54,766 nt of DNA from Firmicutes bacterium UBA5389 (GCA_002409965.1 DHON01000065.1:12319-67084); one strand, 5' to 3'. Positions 17,813-28,834 are shown, numbered from the stretch's first letter. Numbers and translations: made by a program. Notes: generated by a model not told the origin, from the letters alone.

Positions 17813-18955
17813 CTATCCCGCCCGCTCTCGATCCGCACGACTGCGCAGCCCCTGGCTGGGAGCTTTATGCGCAATCGGCGGCGTGACCCGGGCTTGCCGA
17901 TCGACCCGGTCCCAAGGCTCGCCGTATGCCACATGACCCAATCGGACCTCGAGAAGACGAATACGTGTGAGATGTCCCGGACCGGGTGATGGCGGTGCCA
18001 AGCTTGTGTGCGCGCGCTGTCTTGTAGGCCGCTGGGCGGCCCGCAGCGGTGAGGATGACTTCGCCGACAACATCGCTCAGCGTGTAGACCCAGGGAAGAG
18101 TCTCGCCTGTCTGGTCCAGGTGCGCGTTGGCCGCCTTGGTGCCGCGAGTGTGGGCAGACACCTCGTCCAGGAGGATTCTGCACGGGGCGAAACCCTCGTC
18201 ATGCTCCGTGGCGGACGCCGGTATCTCCTTGCCGAACCGGCCTATGTATCCGGTGAGCAGTTGCAGCGCCCTGAACTTGTCGGTTAGCTCTCCGGTGTGG
18301 GCTATGGGGCTACAGTCGGGATAGGGTTTGGGATGGAAACGATCCAGATCGTTGTCCCAATGAGCGGCGCCGACTCCGGTATACACGTTGAACCCGGTAG
18401 CCCCTGCCGCCGCCGCAACCAGGGTCTGGTAGAAGGGTATCGCCAGGAGTTGATAACGCGCGTCATAGATGCGGGAGAAGCCCCAGTTCTCCTCGAGATT
18501 TGGGCCGTGCGCTCGCCTTATGAGGGCCAGGTAGCGGCGGAAGGCAGAGTCGTCGTGCGACACTGCGCCGATCCAATTGGTGTGGCCGTAGGCCACGACC
18601 TCCCACCGATCGGGCGCGACTCTGGTCAGCCAGTAGTCGGTCCCGCCAGGCTCGCTCATGGGCGGGTTTGTGTTCATGAGATGCGGGATGTTCCGGGACA
18701 GGGACTGGCCATACTTCCTGAAGAGCTCTCCCATGTAGACCGCCTGGTACTCGGACCAATCCATGTATCGCCGCAGACCCGCAGGGCTTTCCGGGCAGGT
18801 TCATCCTCGCGGAGGGTCTATCTCGGCGAATGACTCGCAGCGGGCGTTGTTTGCCTCGTTCTCTTTTCCCGATAGTGAGGGTAGTCTGCCGACAGAAGAA
18901 AGGTCTTCTTTCCGTCTATGATGAGGACTCTTGATGACGTGCTCACTAGCTGCAA
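17813..18955 (-). pseudogene. GH35/GH42-like beta-galactosidase remnant in several frames
   Basis: TTG 18955 gives MQLVSTSSRVLIIDGKKTFLLSADYPHYR (GH35-like N-terminus), then jumps to ESFAEIDPP and RYMDW; later GATGFNVYTG and YPDCSPI; C-terminal pieces lie in other frames. Confidence 0.65.
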
Positions 18956-18996
18956 CTTCCAACCCCCTGACGTCCACTATCCGCAATCTGTTGTTA

Positions 18997-19234
18997 CTTA
19001 GTCGCCTACTATGATGCGGTACTCATGCGCATGGCCCTGCTCGGTGGTGTAGTGGAACCTCAGCGGCGAGCAGGGAGAAGAGGTCGGCATCCACGCAGTA
19101 GGCGGCGATGTATATGACCTTTCCCAGCCCATAGCGGCGCTCGACCGCCATGGGTTCGCCCACTTCGTTGCGTGCTCGTACGCGGTAGTCCGAGCCGTTG
19201 CCAGTCTCGTGGATGTGGAGGGTTGATCGAGATA
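18997..19234 (-). pseudogene. Short enzyme fragments (GATase-like beta-galactosidase trimerisation segment and others)
   Basis: GEPMAVERRYGLGKVIYIA; a separate frame ends LRFHYTTEQGHAHEYRIIVGD-stop; possible sulfatase-like SINPPHP. Confidence 0.4.
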
Positions 19235-19575
19235 CTACACGTTCGGAGCCTGCCCAGTGGCTATGGCAGTGTTCAGCTTGGTGTTGAAGTCGCTCGTGGG
19301 GATGTAGGTGATGTCCACATCATAGCGGGTCTCGCGCACGATCAATTCAGGCCTCAGGACCAGACTGGTCCTGCTACGCGCCTTGCCTCCGCTGGTGAGA
19401 TGCACTATGAGCTGCTCGCCAGAGATGCGTATGTTGTCGAAACCGATCAGGCCCAGTTGGAGGGGGATATCGATGCTGTGTTTCTTCGCAGCCCGCGGTA
19501 CGCCCAGGGCCATTTCGTCGTTGGCGCAGAAGACGGCTGCCGGGGGCTCTGGAAGGCTCATCAGCCGCAGGAAAG
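19235..19575 (-). pseudogene. LacI C-terminal remnant fused to a sugar-binding-protein fragment
   Basis: PPAAVFCANDEMALG, IGFDNI, LRPELIVRET, then DVDITYIPTSDFNTKLNTAIATGQAP; the LacI LTTV segment is missing. Confidence 0.78.
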
Positions 19576-19648
19576 CGCTGTTCTGAATCCACGGATTCCG
19601 ACGACATTGGATGTGTAAAAGAAGGGAAACCCGAGCGGATATAGAAAA

Positions 19649-19664
19649 GGTATTACGTAATACC
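19649..19664. promoter_or_regulatory. Perfect 16-bp palindrome, copy 1
   Basis: GGTATTACGTAATACC; identical core at 33317-33332. Confidence 0.7.
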
Positions 19665-19791
19665 ATATCCTCAACCACTGACGCACAGGATTGGCATGCA
19701 GACTGGCACGTCAATCCGGCGCACGGCAGGCAATCTGCCAACAGCCTCAACAGCGAAGAGCCAGGTGAATTAGTGGATAGGGCAAGTCTTA

Positions 19792-19850
19792 TGAAATTCC
19801 TTTACAAGGACTAATGTGATTAGGGAGGAATACTTCACAGGAGCGTCGAA
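19792..19850 (+). promoter_or_regulatory. RpiR-type box plus SigH-like promoter of the opp operon
   Basis: TGAAA-N5-TTACA, 17 bp, GGAGGA-N15-GTCGAA; mirrored at 32729-32671. Confidence 0.65.
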
Positions 19851-19892
19851 CCCTCTTCTCAGCAGAACACGTTACGGGAAGGAGGTAGTGGG

Positions 19893-19994
19893 ATGTGCTG
19901 GTCTGGCGGTCGGTTCGGGTCCAACCGCCCTAGGCCGGGTATCTGCAAGTGGCGGCGCTCGGCCTGGCTGTGGGCAGCAAACGGGGCGTACTAG
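19893..19994 (+). other. Possible 33-aa leader ORF or stabiliser Shine-Dalgarno
   Basis: AAGGAGGT at 19879-19886, ATG 6 nt later: MCWSGGRFGSNRPRPGICKWRRSAWLWAANGAY. Confidence 0.3.
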
Positions 19995-20059
19995 GGCTAC
20001 GAAGTTCAACGGTACCATTCATCTAGCGAACACTTATGCACGCGAGGAGGCTACAGAGT

Positions 20060-21589
20060 ATGCAAGACTACAACATTCGTAGAACGCTATGCGTTGCACT
20101 GTTGCTCTGCGTATTGGTGCTAGGCATCGGATCAGGCTCAACGGCCTCAGGGAACGCCCTAATAGTAGCGCAGGGTGGCGATGTCACAACACTCGATCCT
20201 CAACTGCAAGGGAACATGGTCACCATGAATGTCGTTATAAACATATTCGACACCCTTGTTACACGTGATGCTGATATGGAGCTGGCACCTGGACTCGCGA
20301 CGTCGTGGAGAGTTGTGAACTCGACGACGTGGGAGTTCAGCCTCAGACGAGGAGTGGAATTCCACAACGGGGAACCGTTCAACGCGGATTCTGTGAAGTT
20401 TTCTATTGACAGGTTGCTCGATCCAAAGACAAACTCTCCGATAGTCGAACTCAAGACGGTTTCGCGAGTAGATATCGTCGATGACTACACGGTCCGAATC
20501 ATCACCTCGGTGCCCGATCCGTTGCTGCCAGCGAAAATGGTGCTGTTTGGCGGGTGCATCGTCCCCAAGGGCTACATTACGAAGAACGGCAATGCAACCT
20601 TCGCTAAGCAGCCCATTGGTACCGGCCCCTATAAGTTCGTGAAGTGGATTAGGGATGATCGCGTGGTACTGAAGGCGAACCCATCGTACTGGAAGGGCAA
20701 GCCGGCTTACGATAACCTGGAGTTCAGATCGATTCCCAACTCAAACGATCGCGTAGCTGCGCTGCTCACTGGAGAGGCCGACATAGTCGCCAACGTGCCG
20801 GTGGACATGGTTCCGCGGGTGGAAACCGACAGGAACTGCAATGTTCTGTCGGTCCCAGGTCTGAGAGTGTTCTATGTTGGTCTGGATACTCGTACTGGTC
20901 CGACCGCCGACAAGAGAGTGCGTCAGGCTATGAACATGGCGGTGGATGTACCCGCTATCATCAAGAACATTCTTGGCGGGCACGCTCTTCAGATAGCTAC
21001 TCCGGTTGGTCAGGGAATGTTCGGATTCGATCCATCGATTAAGCCATACACTCATGACCCCGAGCGGGCCAAGAAGTTGCTTGCCGAGGCGGGCTATCCC
21101 AATGGCTTCTCAATGGATTTCGCACACCCCTCAGGCATTTACATGAAGGACTACGAAGTTGCCATGGCAATAGTTGGCCAGATGGCAAAAGTAGGTATCA
21201 AGCTGAATCCAGTTACATATGAATGGGGAGTCTTCCTCGACAAGTACCGAATGGATCAGTTGCCAGCCTCACTGCTCATGGGCAACTTCGCATGGACCAT
21301 GGACGCTGACAACTCGGTGAACTTCCTATTCAGGACGGGCCAGATGTACTCTAGATACTCCAACAAGCGCGTGGACGAGCTCATTGATCTCGAGTCCACT
21401 ACGCTAGACGCTGCCAAGCGGAAAGCAGCCTTCTCTGAGATGGTCGGGATACTCCATGGTGACGCGCCGTGGATCTTCCTCTATCAGGCCAACGAGCTGT
21501 ACGGCGTACGGGCAGGCATTGCATGGGAACCTCTGATGTCCCAGGTGATGTGGATGCACGGAGCCCATCCGTCGAGAGACGGCAAGTAG
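20060..21589 (+). CDS. Peptide/nickel-type (family 5) ABC substrate-binding protein
   Basis: AGGAGG RBS; TLDP, PGLATSW, LRRGVEFHNGEPFNADSVKFS, PIGTGPYKF. Confidence 0.95.
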   Translation: MQDYNIRRTLCVALLLCVLVLGIGSGSTASGNALIVAQGGDVTTLDPQLQGNMVTMNVVINIFDTLVTRDADMELAPGLATSWRVVNSTTWEFSLRRGVEFHNGEPFNADSVKFSIDRLLDPKTNSPIVELKTVSRVDIVDDYTVRIITSVPDPLLPAKMVLFGGCIVPKGYITKNGNATFAKQPIGTGPYKFVKWIRDDRVVLKANPSYWKGKPAYDNLEFRSIPNSNDRVAALLTGEADIVANVPVDMVPRVETDRNCNVLSVPGLRVFYVGLDTRTGPTADKRVRQAMNMAVDVPAIIKNILGGHALQIATPVGQGMFGFDPSIKPYTHDPERAKKLLAEAGYPNGFSMDFAHPSGIYMKDYEVAMAIVGQMAKVGIKLNPVTYEWGVFLDKYRMDQLPASLLMGNFAWTMDADNSVNFLFRTGQMYSRYSNKRVDELIDLESTTLDAAKRKAAFSEMVGILHGDAPWIFLYQANELYGVRAGIAWEPLMSQVMWMHGAHPSRDGK

Positions 21590-21606
21590 AGTTAGTTCGC
21601 AAGGTG

Positions 21607-21647
21607 ATTCCACCCGCGCGGGGATGCACTCCCTGCGCGGGTGGAAT
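21607..21647 (+). terminator. 18-bp stem-loop between the binding-protein and permease genes
   Basis: ATTCCACCCGCGCgGGGA-tgcac-TCCCtGCGCGGGTGGAAT (one G-U pair). Confidence 0.7.
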
Positions 21648-21665
21648 GGTGGAGGACAATCAGAT

Positions 21666-22583
21666 ATGCAGAGGTACGTCGTACGTCGGTTACTTGGGGC
21701 CTTGATCGTCGCATGGGGCGCATGCACTGTTGTCTTTCTACTTCTACGGCTATCCGGCGACCCGGTGTCGCTCCTCCTACCCGTGGAAGCTAGCTATGAG
21801 GACTATGTTCAGCTCAAGCATTCGCTGGGCTTCGACAAACCCCTTGTGGTGCAGTACTGGAACTTCCTCAAGAACGCCATCAGGGGGGACTTCGGTATGT
21901 CGCTGAGATACCGTAGCCCAGCGCTGCCTCTGGTTCTCGAGCGGCTACCCGCCACATTTGAGCTTACGGGCTTCGCAGTTCTGATCGGGCTGGCAGTTGG
22001 CATTCCTGTCGGGGTCTTGTGTGCAGTGCACAGGGGCAAGCCCATCGATACCATAGGGATGTGGCTTTCATTATGCGGCCAGGCTGTTCCGGTGTTCTGG
22101 CTGGCATTGGAACTCATTCTCATCTTCGCAGTGAAGTTCAGGCTGCTTCCAACTTATGGTCGCGGCGGGCTTCGACGTCTGATACTTCCTGCTACCGCAG
22201 TTGGACTGCCACTTGCTGCGATAATCACTCGGCTTCTCAAGTCCACCATGGAAGAGGTTCTGTCCGAGGACTACATTAGGACGGCCAACGCCAAGGGACT
22301 CGGTCCCTCAATCGTCCTGTTCAAGCATGCCTTGAGGAATGCGATCGGACCTGTGCTCACTATTGTCGGCGTGCAATTCGGCAGTCTCTTGGGGGGCGCC
22401 GTTGTGACAGAGATGGTGTTTGCATGGCCAGGAATGGGTCGTTTGCTGCTTCAAGCCGTAGGAAACCGCGATTTCGAGGTAGTGCAGGCCGTGGTGTTTG
22501 TTACGGCGCTCCTTGTGACTGGCGCGAACCTGGTGGCCGATGTCCTCTGCGCTGTGGTTGATCCTCGAGTGAGATACGAATAA
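21666..22583 (+). CDS. oppB: Opp/Dpp ABC permease B
   Basis: YVVRRLL, GDFGMSL, ERLPATFEL, DYIRTANAKGL, DPRVRY. Confidence 0.93.
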   Translation: MQRYVVRRLLGALIVAWGACTVVFLLLRLSGDPVSLLLPVEASYEDYVQLKHSLGFDKPLVVQYWNFLKNAIRGDFGMSLRYRSPALPLVLERLPATFELTGFAVLIGLAVGIPVGVLCAVHRGKPIDTIGMWLSLCGQAVPVFWLALELILIFAVKFRLLPTYGRGGLRRLILPATAVGLPLAAIITRLLKSTMEEVLSEDYIRTANAKGLGPSIVLFKHALRNAIGPVLTIVGVQFGSLLGGAVVTEMVFAWPGMGRLLLQAVGNRDFEVVQAVVFVTALLVTGANLVADVLCAVVDPRVRYE

Positions 22584-22623
22584 GACTTCATCTGCGGAGC
22601 GGGTATTGGCCTTTGGAAGGAGC

Positions 22624-23532
22624 ATGACCAGAGTGACAACGCAATGCACACAGAGTCCCGTTGCTGTGAAGCCATCACTGGCGCGAGTTGCGTCGCGACG
22701 TTGGAGAATTCGAGGATCTACGTTTGTATCTATGCTGTGGCTAATGGTTGTGCTGATGTGCGCAATTGCTCCGCAGGTGCTCATAAGCATCGATCCCAAC
22801 GAACAGGACATTTCGCGTCGCTGCCTATCGCCTGCCCTTAGCGCCACCGATGGTGTCAGGAATGTTCTCGGGACAGATCAGCTGGGACGCGACATTCTCA
22901 GTAGAATCGTGTGGGGAAGTCGGATATCGATTTTGGTTGGCGCAGCTGCCGCGGTTCTATCTGTCGCGATGGGTGTGCCGCTTGGCCTCCTATGCGGTTA
23001 TTACGGGGGGAAGACAGATCGGATCATCATGCACATCGCCGACATTCAGCTGGCGTTTCCGTCCATGGTGTTGGCCATTGCTCTTGTGGCGGTTCTCGGA
23101 CCGAGCACAAGAAACATGATCATCGTTCTCGCAATCGGCGGATGGGTGCAGCACGCGCGCGTTATTCGGGGCCAGGTGCTCTCGTTGCGCGAAAAGGAGT
23201 ATGTGAAAGCAGCTGAGGCCCTCGGGGCAACGGACGCAGAGATAATTCTCAGGCACCTGGTTCCGGCTACGTTTCCGACCATATTGGTCATTGCCACATT
23301 CCAAGTGGCCGGCGCAATCGTGACGGAAGCTGCTCTGACCTTCCTAGGCCTCGGAGTCTCGAGGGTAGTGCCATCGTGGGGCGGCATGTTGTCCGATGCT
23401 CAAGACTACCTCGTGACGGCAGGGTGGATGGCGACGATTCCAGGGTTCGTGATCGCCATGACAGTCCTGTCCATCAACATCGCCGGGGACAGCCTAAGAC
23501 AAGCATTTGATCGCCGGTTCCGAGATCGGTGA
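22624..23532 (+). CDS. oppC: Opp/Dpp ABC permease C
   Basis: LGTDQLGRDILSRIVWGSRIS, EYVKAAEALGA, PSWGGML. Confidence 0.93.
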   Translation: MTRVTTQCTQSPVAVKPSLARVASRRWRIRGSTFVSMLWLMVVLMCAIAPQVLISIDPNEQDISRRCLSPALSATDGVRNVLGTDQLGRDILSRIVWGSRISILVGAAAAVLSVAMGVPLGLLCGYYGGKTDRIIMHIADIQLAFPSMVLAIALVAVLGPSTRNMIIVLAIGGWVQHARVIRGQVLSLREKEYVKAAEALGATDAEIILRHLVPATFPTILVIATFQVAGAIVTEAALTFLGLGVSRVVPSWGGMLSDAQDYLVTAGWMATIPGFVIAMTVLSINIAGDSLRQAFDRRFRDR

Positions 23533-24749
23533 GCAATGAAGGAAGGGTCATCCACATGGCAACTGACCTTGTGTTCTCGAATGCCGAAATCCAGGGATTT
23601 GATGTAGCAAGGCTTCAACATGCAGTAGACCTTGTTAGGAAGGGCTGTTCAGGCGAGGGGGGCTGTCGTTCATACCCCGGAGCTGTGCTCCTGATAGTGC
23701 GCCGAGGTGTTGAAATCGTGCATGAAGCCTTTGGCTTCCGTTCATATGACAGCTCGGCGCAACCCATGACTCGGGATACCGTGTTTGACGTGGCGTCCAT
23801 GAGCAAGCCTATTGCCACGACAAGTGCGATTCTCAGGCTGATGGAGATGGGAGAGATCAATCTCGACGATCCTCTCCAGCGCTACATGCCAGGGTTCGCG
23901 GGTGCTGCGGGAAATGAGATATCACTGATGAACTTGCTGACACATACATCTGGCCTGCCGGGCTGGGTTCCCGTCTACACTCGCGCTGATGGCAGAGACG
24001 ACTGTGTGCAGTTCATGTGTTCGCTGACTCCTGAGTTGGTGGTGGGGAGCCAGGTTGAGTATAGCTGTATGGGCTTCATTCTCCTCGGCTTGCTCGTGGA
24101 AACAGTCACTGGCGAAAGCCTCAACACATTCGCTCGCCGAGAACTCTTCGATAAGCTGGGAATGGACGATACTGGCTACTATGCAACCGAAAGGTTCGCG
24201 GAACGCGCGCGGTTGGCTCCCACAGAGCGGCGGACCGCGTGTGAAAGAGGTGAGGAGCTGTGGGCGTGGCTTCACAAGACTGGTCAGTTCCTGGATCTCC
24301 ACACTGAGGACTCTGTAGCTTGGGGCGCGGTTCACGATGAAGACGCTCTGGCCATGGGCGGTGTGAGCGGCAATGCAGGCGTCTTCTCGACGGCGGCCGA
24401 TATTGCGAAGTTTGCCCAGATGTACTTGGGGAATGGATACTACAACGGTACCAGGGTGTTATCTCCAGCGACTATTGAGCTAGCCACGCACAATTTCACA
24501 GCCGGCATGGGGGACAATCGAGGGCTGGGGTGGCAGCTCAAGGGGCCGAATACGTCATTTGGAAGCCTCATATCGGACAGGGCGTACGGCCATACCGGGT
24601 TCACTGGTACTGCCCTCTGGATTGATCCGGAACGCGACCTCATTGTTGTGCTTCTCACAAACAGGGTTCACGAGACAAGGGAAAATGAAGCTCTGCTGGG
24701 CCTCAGGCCCAGGTTTCTCAATGCGGCTGTCGCATCGATAGACAAGTAG
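23529..24749 (+). CDS. Beta-lactamase-fold serine hydrolase (AmiE/YbbE-like); start may be ATG 23556
   Basis: FDVASMSK (SxxK), [33 protein letters not shown]; no signal peptide. Confidence 0.88.
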   Translation: MSNEGRVIHMATDLVFSNAEIQGFDVARLQHAVDLVRKGCSGEGGCRSYPGAVLLIVRRGVEIVHEAFGFRSYDSSAQPMTRDTVFDVASMSKPIATTSAILRLMEMGEINLDDPLQRYMPGFAGAAGNEISLMNLLTHTSGLPGWVPVYTRADGRDDCVQFMCSLTPELVVGSQVEYSCMGFILLGLLVETVTGESLNTFARRELFDKLGMDDTGYYATERFAERARLAPTERRTACERGEELWAWLHKTGQFLDLHTEDSVAWGAVHDEDALAMGGVSGNAGVFSTAADIAKFAQMYLGNGYYNGTRVLSPATIELATHNFTAGMGDNRGLGWQLKGPNTSFGSLISDRAYGHTGFTGTALWIDPERDLIVVLLTNRVHETRENEALLGLRPRFLNAAVASIDK

Positions 24750-24766
24750 GTGGGGGACCATTAGAA

Positions 24767-25741
24767 GTGATTGAAGATCTGTTAGTTGTGGAGGATCTTA
24801 CCACGCGTTTCCAGACTGAGAACGGGACAATCACCGCAGTGGACGGCGTGTCATTCTCGATAGGCGCTGGCGAAACCCTCGGTCTTGTGGGTGAGAGCGG
24901 ATGCGGGAAGAGCATGACTTCGCTATCGGTGATACGACTCGTGCCCAGTCCACCTGGGGCGATAGAAGGCGGTAAGGTCCTCTTTGAGGGCAGGGACATC
25001 TTGATGCTGCCGGAGCCCGAGATGCGTCGGATGCGCGGAAGAGACATGGCCATGGTGTTTCAGGAACCGATGACGAGCCTGAACCCGGTATTCACCGTGG
25101 GCGAGCAGATTATGGAGACCATCATGCACCATGATCATGTATCGCGACGGGATGCGCAGGAGCGAGCAATCGAGATGCTTCGCAAAGTCGGTATACCGTC
25201 TCCAGAAAGGCGAGTGCGGGATTTCCCTCACGAAATGAGCGGGGGCATGAGGCAGAGAGTGATGATTGCGATAGCACTGGCCTGTAATCCCAGGTTGCTG
25301 ATTGCCGATGAACCCACTACGGCTCTTGATGTCACTATTCAAGCTCAGATACTGGAGCTAATGCGTCGACTGAGGAACGAGTATCATACAGCTACTCTAC
25401 TGATAACGCATGACCTGGGAGTCATTGCTGAGACGGCTGACAGGGTTGCAGTGATGTATGCGGGTCAGATTGTGGAGTCTGCGAGTGTGGAGAGCATATT
25501 CGAGAATCCTTTGCACCCATACACAGTTGGCTTGCTGGGGTCGATTCCCAGACTCAATGGCACCAAACGCCGACTAAACGTTATAGAAGGCACAGTGCCC
25601 AGTCCGCTGAATGTGCCGAACGGATGCAGGTTCGGGCCCAGATGTTCTCGGGCCACCCGGCATTGCTCTGCACATGCTCAAGACCTCCGAGAGGTAGCTC
25701 CGGGCCATCATGTGCGGTGCAGCGCCGTTTTGGGGGTGTAG
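24767..25741 (+). CDS. oppD: Opp/Dpp ABC ATPase D
   Basis: [37 protein letters not shown]. Confidence 0.95.
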   Translation: MIEDLLVVEDLTTRFQTENGTITAVDGVSFSIGAGETLGLVGESGCGKSMTSLSVIRLVPSPPGAIEGGKVLFEGRDILMLPEPEMRRMRGRDMAMVFQEPMTSLNPVFTVGEQIMETIMHHDHVSRRDAQERAIEMLRKVGIPSPERRVRDFPHEMSGGMRQRVMIAIALACNPRLLIADEPTTALDVTIQAQILELMRRLRNEYHTATLLITHDLGVIAETADRVAVMYAGQIVESASVESIFENPLHPYTVGLLGSIPRLNGTKRRLNVIEGTVPSPLNVPNGCRFGPRCSRATRHCSAHAQDLREVAPGHHVRCSAVLGV

Positions 25742-25744
25742 GAC

Positions 25745-26725
25745 TTGACTGATGTGCTGCTACATGTGGAGAACTTGGTCAAGCACTTTCCGATAATGCA
25801 GGGGACCATAGTACAGCGGCAGGTGGGCGTGGTGCGCGCTGTTGACGGACTCAGCTTCGATGTGCACAGAGGCGAGACTCTGGGCCTTGTGGGTGAAAGC
25901 GGGTGCGGTAAGTCTACTACAGGGAAGCTGATCATGGGGCTTGAACGGCCGACCTCGGGAGAGATCACATTCGATGGCCTCGACATCGTCGGCATGTCCA
26001 AGAAGGGCCTGCGGGCAGTTCGGCGCGAGATGCAGATTGTGTTTCAGGATCCGTTTGCTTCTCTGAACCCTCGCATGAGCGTTGCGCAGATCATCGGCGA
26101 GCCGTTCCGAATTCACCGGGTCTGTCAGAAGAGCGAACGCGAGCGCTGTGTTCTCGAGCTGCTGGAACAGGTTGGCCTTGACAGATCCTATTCGTCAAGA
26201 TATCCCCGCGAATTCTCGGGAGGCCAGCGACAACGCATCGGAGTGGCGCGCGCGCTGGCGCTTAACCCCAAGTTGATCATCTGCGATGAACCAGTTTCTG
26301 CGCTGGACGTATCGGTACAGGCACAGGTTATCAACCTTCTCCAGGATCTTCAGCAGGAAAGAGGACTGACTTACATCCTGATCGCTCATGATCTCGGTGT
26401 AGTCAAACATGTCAGCGATCGGGTTGCAGTGATGTACCTGGGCCAGATTGTGGAACTTGCGTCAACATCCGCTCTGTACTCGGCCCCCCGGCATCCCTAC
26501 ACTCAGGCTTTGATGGCTGCCATTCCGATTCCTGATCCCAAGGCAAAGAGGGATCGCGCACTCTTGGAGGGTGACGTCCCAAGCCCAATCAACCCACCGT
26601 CAGGATGCAGATTCCACCCGAGGTGCAGCAGCGCTCGGCAGATTTGCAGGCAGATGGAGCCGGAATTCACGAATCTCGGAGACGGACACTACTGCGCGTG
26701 CCATGTCCAAACGAGATCGGGGTGA
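25745..26725 (+). CDS. oppF: Opp/Dpp ABC ATPase F
   Basis: [37 protein letters not shown]. Confidence 0.95.
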   Translation: MTDVLLHVENLVKHFPIMQGTIVQRQVGVVRAVDGLSFDVHRGETLGLVGESGCGKSTTGKLIMGLERPTSGEITFDGLDIVGMSKKGLRAVRREMQIVFQDPFASLNPRMSVAQIIGEPFRIHRVCQKSERERCVLELLEQVGLDRSYSSRYPREFSGGQRQRIGVARALALNPKLIICDEPVSALDVSVQAQVINLLQDLQQERGLTYILIAHDLGVVKHVSDRVAVMYLGQIVELASTSALYSAPRHPYTQALMAAIPIPDPKAKRDRALLEGDVPSPINPPSGCRFHPRCSSARQICRQMEPEFTNLGDGHYCACHVQTRSG

Positions 26726-26770
26726 GCGGGCTTTTGCTAGCTAGAGGGGCGTATCGGACGCTATGAGACG

Positions 26771-26811
26771 AAGGTGGGGACGATGGGCTCTGGCCCCAAC
26801 GTCCCCACCTT
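26771..26811. terminator. Bidirectional terminator-like hairpin between convergent operons
   Basis: AAGGTGGGGACG...CGTCCCCACCTT 12-bp arms plus an inner stem. Confidence 0.75.
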
Positions 26812-26823
26812 ACGGGATGGATG

Positions 26824-27861
26824 CTATTGGACGATACGGATGATTTGGTTGCGCTGTGCGGCTTCGACTACTGCACATTGTGCCTTCGTCACATGGAGTG
26901 TTCTGCGTGCCGATGTCACCGGCTCATCTCCGGACAGGATACACGAGACGAAATGGTCTACAGATGCTACAAAGGCCCCAGTTACCCGTCCTCTGCGTTC
27001 ATCTGCCGTATGGGCGCCTCCGAAGCTGATCTCCTGGGCAGAAGAACCCGTGTATAGGCAAGCCCGACGATCTGACATCGAGTATCTGATGAAGCCGTCC
27101 GTCCCGATGATCTCAAGGCTGCCCCCTGCTACCACAGGGTATGTGTCCGGATGAACCCATGACGAGTGGAATGCGGCAGATGCGCCAGACTCAAATCTCA
27201 ACACTGCCTGAATTCCATCTACCGCATCGATGCCCTTAGCTTTCAGGACTCCGGATACTGATTGAGCGTAAACCTCAACAGCCCTAGACTCGAGGTACCA
27301 CGATACCAGGTCCAAGTCGTGTGCGTTCATGAAGAAGAACGGATTCGTCTTGCTTGCCCATCCAATCATCTCCGTAGGCACATACAGTGTGTCGAATTTC
27401 TCGGACTGCACAAGGATAGGCATACCGATCGCGCCGCTGCGCACCGCGTTCCTGATCCACACGAAGTCGGAGACGAAACGTTGGCTGTAATTGACCATTA
27501 CTGTGCGCCCCGTGCGTTCGGCCTCTCCGACAATGGCCTCGGCCTCGCCGACCTCAGTAGCGAGTGGTTTCTCGACCAGCACATCGCAACCGTTTCGGAC
27601 AGAGGCCAAGACCGCCTGAGTATGCGCGAAATCCGGAGTGGCTACAGACACAACGTCCGGCTTCTCGGTTTCGAGCATCCGATCCATGCTTTCGTAGGCT
27701 CTGGCTCCGTACTTCGCGGCGACGGCTTCGGCGAGCTCGAAGTCGACATCCATCACAGCCACTAGTCTCGTCACGGCGTGTTCGTGGAATACCCTGGCGT
27801 GGCGGCTCCCGAGAATCCCAGCCCCCACAACAGCAACAGTCAGAATTCTGGGTTTATCCAT
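26824..27861 (-). CDS. Gfo/Idh/MocA NAD(P)-dependent oxidoreductase
   Basis: VVGAGILG, VATPDFAH, VEKPLA, AHDLD. Confidence 0.92.
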   Translation of the reverse strand: MDKPRILTVAVVGAGILGSRHARVFHEHAVTRLVAVMDVDFELAEAVAAKYGARAYESMDRMLETEKPDVVSVATPDFAHTQAVLASVRNGCDVLVEKPLATEVGEAEAIVGEAERTGRTVMVNYSQRFVSDFVWIRNAVRSGAIGMPILVQSEKFDTLYVPTEMIGWASKTNPFFFMNAHDLDLVSWYLESRAVEVYAQSVSGVLKAKGIDAVDGIQAVLRFESGASAAFHSSWVHPDTYPVVAGGSLEIIGTDGFIRYSMSDRRACLYTGSSAQEISFGGAHTADERRGRVTGAFVASVDHFVSCILSGDEPVTSARRTLHVTKAQCAVVEAAQRNQIIRIVQ

Positions 27862-27908
27862 GGTGCTATCCTCCCTGTGGTCGGCTCTGTGAGCTGATAC
27901 GGGCGATC

Positions 27909-28826
27909 CTAGCCGAGCTTACGCAGGCGATTGGCGAGGTCGATGGCCTTGCGCGCGTGGCCGTTGGAGCGTACGATTGCGTCCTCTGCGCTGGCTCGGT
28001 TTGCTCCTGTCACTGACACAACGAGTGCAGTCTTGACGTTCCAGTCACAGTCCCTCAAGATCGTCTCGCTCTGAGTCCGGCTTGATCCGGAAAGAGCGGA
28101 GAGCATTCTGGTTGCGCGTTCCTGAAGTTTCCTGTTGGTGGGCTGCATGTCTATCATTAGATTGTCGTATACGCGCCCTAGCCTCGCCATAGACGCGGTG
28201 GAAAGCATGTTGAGCACGAGCTTCTGGGCCGAACCTGCCTTCATGCGCGTTGAGCCGGTCAGTACTTCAGGACCTACAGGCAGAGCAATCAAGACATCGG
28301 CATCTAGAGTCACATGTTCGGCGTGGTTGCATACGATCGCGATGGTAGCTGCGCCTATGGAGTGTGCCCCCTTGAGTGCGCCTTTGACATATGGAGTGGC
28401 GCCGCTTGCCGATACTCCCACGACCACGGAGTCCGGACCCACTCTGGTCGCAATGTCCAGCGCTCCTCCATTCTCGTCATCCTCGGCGCCTTCGGCGGGC
28501 GTAAAGACAGCATCGCTCCCGCCCGCGATTGTGGCAGATATGAGTTCGGGGCCGACTCCGAACGTCGGCAAGCATTCGGCGGCTTCAAGTACTCCAAGCC
28601 TGCCCGAAGTGCCGGCTCCCGCGAACACCAGTGAACCCCCGCGTTCCAGCCGTTCTACGATGAGGTCGACCGCGCGTGAAATATCGGGTATTGCCTGCGC
28701 GACCACATCGTGCATGTACCTGTGATCATCGTTGATCAGCTGCAGCACTTTGCGAGTAGGCATGACGTCGAGCCCACACGAGCTGGGATTTGGTTCTTCA
28801 GTCAGTAGAACATCGTAGTAGGACAT
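27909..28826 (-). CDS. murQ: N-acetylmuramic acid 6-phosphate etherase
   Basis: TEEPN, GAGTSGRLGVLEAAECLPTFG, EGAED, GPEVLTGSTRMKAGSAQKLVLNMLST. Confidence 0.95.
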   Translation of the reverse strand: MSYYDVLLTEEPNPSSCGLDVMPTRKVLQLINDDHRYMHDVVAQAIPDISRAVDLIVERLERGGSLVFAGAGTSGRLGVLEAAECLPTFGVGPELISATIAGGSDAVFTPAEGAEDDENGGALDIATRVGPDSVVVGVSASGATPYVKGALKGAHSIGAATIAIVCNHAEHVTLDADVLIALPVGPEVLTGSTRMKAGSAQKLVLNMLSTASMARLGRVYDNLMIDMQPTNRKLQERATRMLSALSGSSRTQSETILRDCDWNVKTALVVSVTGANRASAEDAIVRSNGHARKAIDLANRLRKLG

Positions 28827-28834
28827 GTTACACC

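Noticed and set aside
23529-24749. Antibiotic-resistance beta-lactamase
   Set aside because: No signal peptide, embedded in an ABC import operon, and motifs fit AmiE/esterase-type hydrolases.
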